Origin: the human T2T-CHM13v2.0 reference genome, Homo sapiens
Direction: 5' to 3' (one strand)
DNA: 64,000 bases
Assembly: GCF_009914755.1 (NCBI RefSeq)
Contig: NC_060948.1
Part shown: in pieces, positions 56,801-64,000 of the stretch
Layout of the letters: the number at the start of each line of letters is the position of its first letter
Position numbering within the stretch: the stretch's first letter is position 1
The notes under the pieces: generated by a model
The model's input: the letters and a program-made list of their open reading frames with translations, nothing else
What the model was told of the DNA's origin: nothing
The model's database searches: none
Translations under genes and position numbers: made by a program

Positions 56801-59800
56801 ATGAAATGTACTGGAAAGGACTCGAATTTCATGAAACGGAATGGAATGAATTGGAACGGAATGGACTCGAATGGAATGGAATGTCATGGAATGGCATCAA
56901 ATGGAATGGCATCAAATGGAATGGCATCGAATGCAATGGAATGCTATGGAATGGAATGGAATGCATTGGAATGGAATGTCCTCTAATGGAATGGATTCGA
57001 GTGGAATGGAATCGAATATAATGGAGTCGAATGAAATGGAATTGAAAGGAATGGGATCGAATACAATGGAATATACTGGAATGTAATGTAATGAACTCGA
57101 ATGTAATTGACTGGAATGGAATGTACATGAATGGAATGTAATCGAATGGAAAGTAATCCAATGGAATAGAATCTAATGCAATAAAATCGACTCAGATAGA
57201 GTAGAATGTAATGGAATGGAGTGCAGTGCAATGGAATGGAATGGAATGGAATGCAATGGAATGGAATGGAATGGAATGGAATGGAATGGAATGGAATGGA
57301 ATGGAATGGGATGGAATGGGATGGAATGGTATGGAATGGATAGTAATGGACTGGAGTGAAATGGACTGGAAAGGAATGGACTCAAATTGAAAGGGCTCGA
57401 AAGGAATGGAGTCAAATGGAATGGTCTGGAATGGAATGAACACGAATGTAATGCAATCCAATAGAATGGAATCGAATGGCATGGAATATAAAGAAATGGA
57501 ATCGAAGAGAATGGAAACAAATGGAATGGAATTGAATGGAATGGAATTGAATGGAATGGGAACGAATGGAGTGAAATTGTATGCAGTAGAAGGGAATAGA
57601 ATGGAATGCAAGCGAAAGGAAAGGAATGGATTGGAATGGAATGGAATTCATTGGAATGGAAGGGAATGTAGTGTAATGGACAGGCCTGGAATAAAGTGGA
57701 ATGCTACGGTCTCGAATGGAATAAAAATGTATGGAATGGAATGCAATGAAACGGAATCGAATGTCATAGAATGTAATGGAATGCAAAAAAATGGAATCCA
57801 AAATCATTGACTGGAAAGGCTGGGTGTCGAAAGGAATTGACTCCAATGGAATGGAATCGAATGGAATGGAAGTGAATAGAATCGAACTAAATCGAATGGA
57901 ATGGAATTGATAGGAACGGAATGGAAAGGAATGCAATGATTTTGCATGGAATGGAATCGAATGACATCGAATGGAATGGAATGGAATGCAATGGAATGGA
58001 ATGTATTAGAATGTAATGAACTTTAATGGAATGTACTCGAATGGATTCGACTGGAATGGAATGTTCTGGAAGTGAATGGACTCCAATGGAATGGATTCAA
58101 AAGGAATGGAATCGTACGGAATGGAATCTAATGGAATGGAATTAAATGGAAATGAATCAAATTGAATAGCACGGAATTGAATTGAATGGAATGGAATGCA
58201 ATGGAATCTAATGAAACGGAAAGGAAAGGAATGGAATGGAATGGAATGGGCTGGAATGGAAAGGAATCGAAACGAATGGAATGGAATCGAACTGAAGAGA
58301 CTGGAATGGAATGCACTGGAATGGAAGGGAGTGTAATGGAAGGTTCTCGAAAAAAATGGAATGGAATGGAATGGAATTGAATGGAACGGAATAGAGTCGA
58401 ATGGAATTGAATGGAATGGAATGGACTAGAGTGAAATGGAATCGAACCACAAGGAATGGACAGGAATAGAATGGTCTCGAATTGAATGGAATCGTATGGA
58501 ATGGCATCAAACGGAATGGAATGGACAGCCACGGAATGGAATGCACTCGAATGCAATGGAGTCGAAACTAATGGACTGGAATAGAATGGACTCGACTGGT
58601 ACGGACTCCAATGGAATGGAATCGAATGGAAGGGAATCGAACGGAATGGACTCGAAGGGAAAAGACTGCAATGGAAAGGTCTCGAATGGAATGGAAATTA
58701 ATGGAATGGAATGGAATCGAATGAAATGGAGTCAAAAGGAATGGAATCGAATGGCAAGAAATCGAATGTAATGGAATCGCAAGGAATTGATGTGAACGGA
58801 ACGGAATGGAATGGAATCCAAAGGAATGGAATAGAATGGAATGGAATCGAATGGAAAGGACTCGAATGGAAATCACTCGAATAGAATGCAATTTAATAAA
58901 ATAGGATCAAATGTAATGGAATGGAATGGAAAGGAATCGAAACGAAAGGAATGGAGACAGATGGAATGGAATGGAACAGAGAGCAATGGTATAGAATGGA
59001 ATGGAATCATCTGGAATGGAATTGAATGGAATGGAATAATATGAAATGGAATGGAATGGAATGGAATGGAATGCCCTTGAATTAAATGGACTGGAATGGA
59101 ATGGACTCGAACAGAGTGGAATGGAAAGTGTTGAGATAGAATGCAATGGACTCCTTCGGAATGGTCTAGTATGCAATGCAATCGACTGGCAGGGAATCAA
59201 AAGGAATGTAATCGAATGGATTGGACTGGAATGCAGTGGACTCGAATAGATTGGAAACGGAATGCAAAGGAATGGAATGGAATAGTATGGAATGGAATGG
59301 AAAGGAATGGAGTGGAATAGACTAGAGTGGAATGGAATGGACTGGAAAGCAATGGACTGGAATGGAACTTTCTTGAATGGACTGGAATCAAACGGAATGG
59401 AATGCAATGCAATCAAATGGCATGGAATAAAATGGAATGAAAGAGAATCAAATGGAATTGAATCGAATGGAATCGAATGGATTGGAAAGGAATAGAATGG
59501 AATGGAATTGAATTGACTCAAATGGAATGGACTAGAATGGAATGGATTCGAATGGAAGGCAAAGGAATGGAGTCTATTGGAATGGACTGTAATGGAATGG
59601 AATGGAAGGGATTGGAATGGACTCGAATGGAATGGACTGCAATAGAAAGGATTCGAATGGAATGAAAAAGAATTGAATGGAATAGAACAGAATGGAATCA
59701 AATCGAATGAAATGGAATGGAATAGAAAGGAATGGAATGAAATGGAATGGAAAGGATTCGAATGGAATGCAATCGAATGGAATGGAATCGAACGGAATGG

Positions 59801-61247
59801 AATAAAATGGAAGAAAACTGGCAAGAAATGGAATCGAAATGAATGGAGTGTTATGGAACGGACTCAAAAGGAATTGAATGTAATAGAATGGAGTGGAGTG
59901 GACTCGAATATAATGGACTGGAATGGAATGAAATCACATGGAATGGGAACGAATGGAATGGAATGGAAAGGAATGGAATCGAATGGAAAGGAATCGAATG
60001 GAAGGGAATGAAATTGAATCAACAGGAATGGAAGGGAATAGAATAGACGGTAATGGAATGGACTCGAATAGAATGGACACGAATGCTCAAATTGAATGGA
60101 CTCCAATGGAATGGAAACGAAAGGAATGTCATCGAGTAGAATTGAATCGACTGGAATGAAATCGCAAGAATGGAGTGGAATCAAATGGAATTGAATCGAA
60201 AGGAAAGGAAGCGAATGGACTGAAATGAAATGGAATGGAATTGAATGGAAAGTAATGCAATGGAATAGAATGGAACGAAATTTCACGGAATGGAATCAAA
60301 CTGAATGGAATCAAATCAATGGAATCAAATCAAATGGAATGGAAAGGAATTGAATGGAGTAGATTGGATTGGATGGGATTGGAATGAAATGTACTGGAAA
60401 GGACTCGAATTTCATGAAACGGAATGGAATGAATTGGAACGGAATGGACTCGAATGGAATGGAATGTCATGGAATGGCATCAAATGGAATGGCATCAAAT
60501 GGAATGGAATCGAATGCAATGGAATGCTATGGAATGGAATGGAATGCATTGGAATGGAATGTCCTCTAATGGAATGGATTCGAGTGGAATGGAATCGAAT
60601 ATAATGGAGTCGAATGAAATGGAATTGAAAGGAGTGGGATCGAATACAATGGAATATACTGGAATGTAATGTAATGAACTCGAATGTAATTGACTGGAAT
60701 GGAATGTACATGAATGGAATGTAATCGAATGGAAAGTAATCCAATGGAATAGAATCTAATGCAATAAAACCGACTCAGATAGAGTAGAATGTAATGGAAT
60801 GGAGTGCAGTGCAATGGAATGGAATGGAATGGAATGCAATGGAATGGAATGGAATGGAATGGAATGGAATGGAATGGAATGGAATGGAATGGGATGGAAT
60901 GGATAGTAATGGACTGGAGTGAAATGGACTGGAAAGGAATGGACTCAAATTGAAAGGGCTCGAAAGGATTGGAGTCAAATGGAATGGTCTGGAATGGAAT
61001 GAACACGAATGTAATGCAATCCAATAGAATGGAATCGAATGGCATGGAATATAAAGAAATGGAATCGAAGAGAATGGAAACAAATGGAATGGAATTGAAT
61101 GGAATGGAATTGAATGGAATGGGAACGAATGGAGTGAAATTGTATGCAGTAGAAGGGAATAGAATGGAATGCAAGCGAAAGGAAAGGAATGGATTGGAAT
61201 GGAATGGAATTCATTGGAATGGAAGGGAATGTAGTGTAATGGACAGG

Positions 61248-64000
61248 CCTGGAATAAAGTGGAATGCTACGGTCTCGAATGGAATAAAAATGTATGGAAT
61301 GGACTGCAATGAAACGGAATCGAATGTCATAGAATGTAATGGAATGCAAAAAAATGGAATCCAAAATCATTGACTGGAAAGGATGGGTGTCGAAAGGAAT
61401 TGACTCCAATGGTATGGAATCGAATGGAATGGAAGTGAATAGAATCGAACTAAATCGAATGGAATGGAATTGATAGGAACGGAATGGAAAGTAATGCAAT
61501 GAATTGGCATGGAATGGAATCGAATGGCATCGAATGGAATGGAATGGAATGCAATGGAATGGAATGTATTAGAATGTAATGAACTTTAATGGAATGTACT
61601 CGAATGGATTCGACTGGAATGGAATGTTCTGGAAGTGAATGGACTCCAATGGAATGGATTCAAAAGGAATGGAATCGTACGGAATGGAATCTAATGGAAT
61701 GGAATTAAATGGAAATGAATCAAATTGAATAGCACGGAATTGAATTGAATGGAATGGAATGCAATGGAATCTAATGAAACGGAAAGGAAAGGAATGGAAT
61801 GGAATGGAATGGGCTGGAATGGAAAGGAATCGAAACGAATGGAATGGAATCGAACTGAAGAGACTGGAATGGAATGCACTGGAATGGAAGGGAGTGTAAT
61901 GGAAGGTTCTCGAAAAAAATGGAATGGAATGGAATGGAATTGAATGGAACGGAATAGAGTCGAATGGAATTGAATGGAATGGAATGGACTAGAGTGAAAT
62001 GGAATCGAACCACAAGGAATGGACAGGAATAGAATGGTCTCGAATTGAATGGAATCGTATGGAATGGCATCAAACGGAATGGAATGGACAGCCACGGAAT
62101 GGAATGCACTCGAATGCAATGGAGTCGAAACTAATGGACTGGAATAGAATGGACTCGACTGGTACGGACTCCAATGGAATGGAGTCGAATGGAAGGGAAT
62201 CGAACGGAATGGACTCGAAGGGAAAAGACTGCAATGGAAAGGTCTCGAATGGAATGGAAATTAATGGAATGGAATGGAATCGAATGAAATGGAGTCAAAA
62301 GGAATGGAATCGAATGGCAAGAAATCGAATGTAATGGAATCGCAAGGAATTGATGTGAACGGAACGGAATGGAATGGAATCCAAAGGAATGGAATAGAAT
62401 GGAATGGAATCGAATGGAAAGGACTCGAATGGAAATCACTCGAATAGAATGCAATTTAATAAAATAGGATCAAATGTAATGGAATGGAATGGAAAGGAAT
62501 CGAAACGAAAGGAATGGAGACAGATGGAATGGAATGGAACAGAGAGCAATGGTATAGAATGGAATGGAATCATCTGGAATGGAATTGAATGGAATGGAAT
62601 AATATGAAATGGAATGGAATGGAATGGAATGGAATGCCCTTGAATTAAATGGACAGGAATGGAATGGACTCGAACAGAGTGGAATGGAAAGTGTTGAGAT
62701 AGAATGGAATGGACTCCTTTGGAATGGTGTAGTATGCAATGCAATCGACTGGCAGGGAATCAAAAGGAATGTAATGGAATGGATTGGACTGGAATGCAAT
62801 GGACTCGAATAGATTGGAAACGGAATGCAAAGGAATGGAATGGAATAGTATGGAATGGAATGGAAAGGAATGGAGTGGAATAGACTAGAGTGGAATGGAA
62901 TGGACTGGAAAGCAATGGACTGGAATGGAACTTTCTTGAATGGACTGGAATCAAACGGAATGGAATGCAATGCAATCAAATGGCATGGAATAAAATAGAA
63001 TGAAAGAGAATCAAATGGAATTGAATCGAATGGAATCGAATGGATTGGAAAGGAATAGAATGGAATGGAATGGAATTGACTCAAATGGAATGGACTAGAA
63101 TGGAATGGATTCGAATGGAAGGCAAAGGAATGGAATCTATTGGAATGGACTGTAATGGAATGGAATGGAAGGGATTGGAATGGACTCGAATGGAATGGAC
63201 TGCAATAGAAAGGATTCGAATGGAATGAAAAAGAATTGAATGGAATAGAACAGAATGGAATCAAATCGAATGAAATGGAATGGAATAGAAAGAAATGGAA
63301 TGAAATGGAATGGAAAGGATTCGAATGGAATGCAATCGAATGGAATGGAATCGAACGGAATGGAATAAAATGGAAGAAAACTGGCAAGAAATGGAATCGA
63401 AATGAATGGAGTGTTATGGAACGGACTCAAAAGGAATTGAATGTAATAGAATGGAGTGGAGTGGACTCGAATATAATGGACTGGAATGGAATGAAATCAC
63501 AAGGAATGGGAACGAATGGAATGGAATGGAAAGGAATGGAATCGAATGGAAAGGAATCGAATGGAAGGGAATGAAATTGAATCAACAGGAATGGAAGGGA
63601 ATAGAATAGACGGTAATGGAATGGACTCGAATAGAATGGACACGAATGCTCAAATTGAATGGACTCGAATGGAATGGAAACGAAAGGAATGTCATCGAAT
63701 GGAATTGAATGGATTGGAATGAAATCGCATAGAATGGAGTGGAATCAAATGGAATTGAATCGAAAGGAAAGGAAGCGAATGGACTGAAATGAAATGGAAT
63801 GGAATTGAATGGAAAGTAATGCAATGGAATAGAATGGAACGAAATTTCACGGAATGGAATCAAACTGAATGGAATCAAATCAGTGGAATCAAATCAAATG
63901 GAATGGAAAGGAATTGAATGGAGTAGACTGGATTGGATGGGATTGGAATGAAATGTACTGGAAAGGACTCGAATTTCATGAAACGGAATGGAATGAATTG
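61248..64000 (+). repeat. DYZ1: Partial DYZ1 unit U18 (truncated by window end)
   Basis: Starts at the HaeIII cut after 61247, shows the same motif order as the other units and ends just after CTCGAATTTCATGAAACGG. Confidence 0.93.

Larger units (their letters stand above)
510..61247 (+). repeat. DYZ1: 17 complete ~3.57-kb higher-order units (U1-U17) delimited by the conserved HaeIII site
   Basis: GGCC at 508, 4067, 7641, 11205, 14799, 18363, 21927, 25455, 29034, 32608, 36192, 39755, 43343, 46927, 50515, 54099, 57683, 61246. Unit lengths are 3559, 3574, 3564, 3594, 3564, 3564, 3528, 3579, 3574, 3584, 3563, 3588, 3584, 3588, 3584, 3584, 3563 (mean ~3573). The spacing equals that of the recurring 134-aa pseudo-ORF starts in the ORF track. 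Confidence 0.95.
1..64000 (+). repeat. DYZ1: Satellite III (HSat3) tandem array, human Y-specific DYZ1 type (Yq12 heterochromatin); GGAAT-rich strand is the + strand throughout
   Basis: Continuous degenerate GGAAT pentamers (GGAAT, CGAAT, TGAAT, GGACT, GCAAT...) from end to end. Diagnostic motifs (e.g. GGACAGGCCTGGAATAAAGTGG, CAGCCACGG, GGCTGGGTGTCG, GAAGAAAACTGGCAAG) recur every ~3.57 kb. The reverse complement read from the HaeIII site begins CCTGTCCATTACACTACATTCCCTTCCATTCCAATGAATTCC, which I recognise as the start of the classical 3564-bp DYZ1 HaeIII unit. Confidence 0.96.

Noticed and set aside
52-63878. Hundreds of ORFs of 60-313 aa on both strands (MEWNG- and HSIPF-rich), including the recurrent ~305-aa minus-strand and 134-aa plus-strand ORFs
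   Set aside because: A pure GGAAT/ATTCC repeat has no stop codon in any frame and translates to 5-aa periodic MEWNG / FHSIP. ORF ends shift with 5-bp tract changes, and there is no domain similarity or codon-level constraint. These are satellite artefacts.
1-64000. CRISPR-like or repeat-spacer system, or other novel prokaryotic system
   Set aside because: There are no constant repeats with unique spacers and no cas or other genes. All non-pentamer motifs recur identically every ~3.57 kb.
1-64000. Embedded Alu/L1/DYZ2 segment, inversion or unique insert
   Set aside because: All 17 inter-HaeIII distances are 3528-3594 bp, leaving no room for an insert. The GGAAT strand never flips, and no AT-rich/Alu DYZ2-type sequence was seen.
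1-64000. Assignment to HSat2 or to the chr9 HSat3 array
   Set aside because: It lacks the dominant HSat2 CATTCGATTC/GATGAT-type ~26-bp pattern. The 3.56-kb HaeIII period and Y1.1/Y1.2 primer sites point to DYZ1.
1-64000. Specific DYZ1-derived ncRNA locus (testis or stress transcripts reported for Yq12)
   Set aside because: Transcription cannot be assigned to these particular copies from sequence alone; it would need uniquely mapping long-read RNA data.

Overview
The whole 64-kb window is one uninterrupted, single-orientation tandem array of degenerate (GGAAT)n pentamers (classical Satellite III / HSat3). The pentamers are organised into a ~3.56-3.59 kb higher-order unit carrying one conserved HaeIII/StuI site (AGGCCT) and one EcoRI site. 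Unit length, restriction map and sequence around the HaeIII site match human Y-chromosome DYZ1 (Yq12 heterochromatin) as I recall it. There are 17 complete HaeIII units (U1-U17, 510-61247) plus partial units at both ends. I see no genes, RNA genes, transposons, inversions or non-satellite inserts; every listed ORF is an artefact of the pentamer (MEWNG / HSIPF periodicity). I did not find a new coding system. The informative structure is (i) three in-register perfect heat-shock elements per unit, and (ii) unit-to-unit variation: recent tandem duplications, an incipient 2-unit (~7.17 kb) higher-order repeat, mosaic haplotype blocks, two hypervariable pure-GGAAT tracts and more divergent units at the left end. 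Variant calls were read by eye and need confirmation by alignment.
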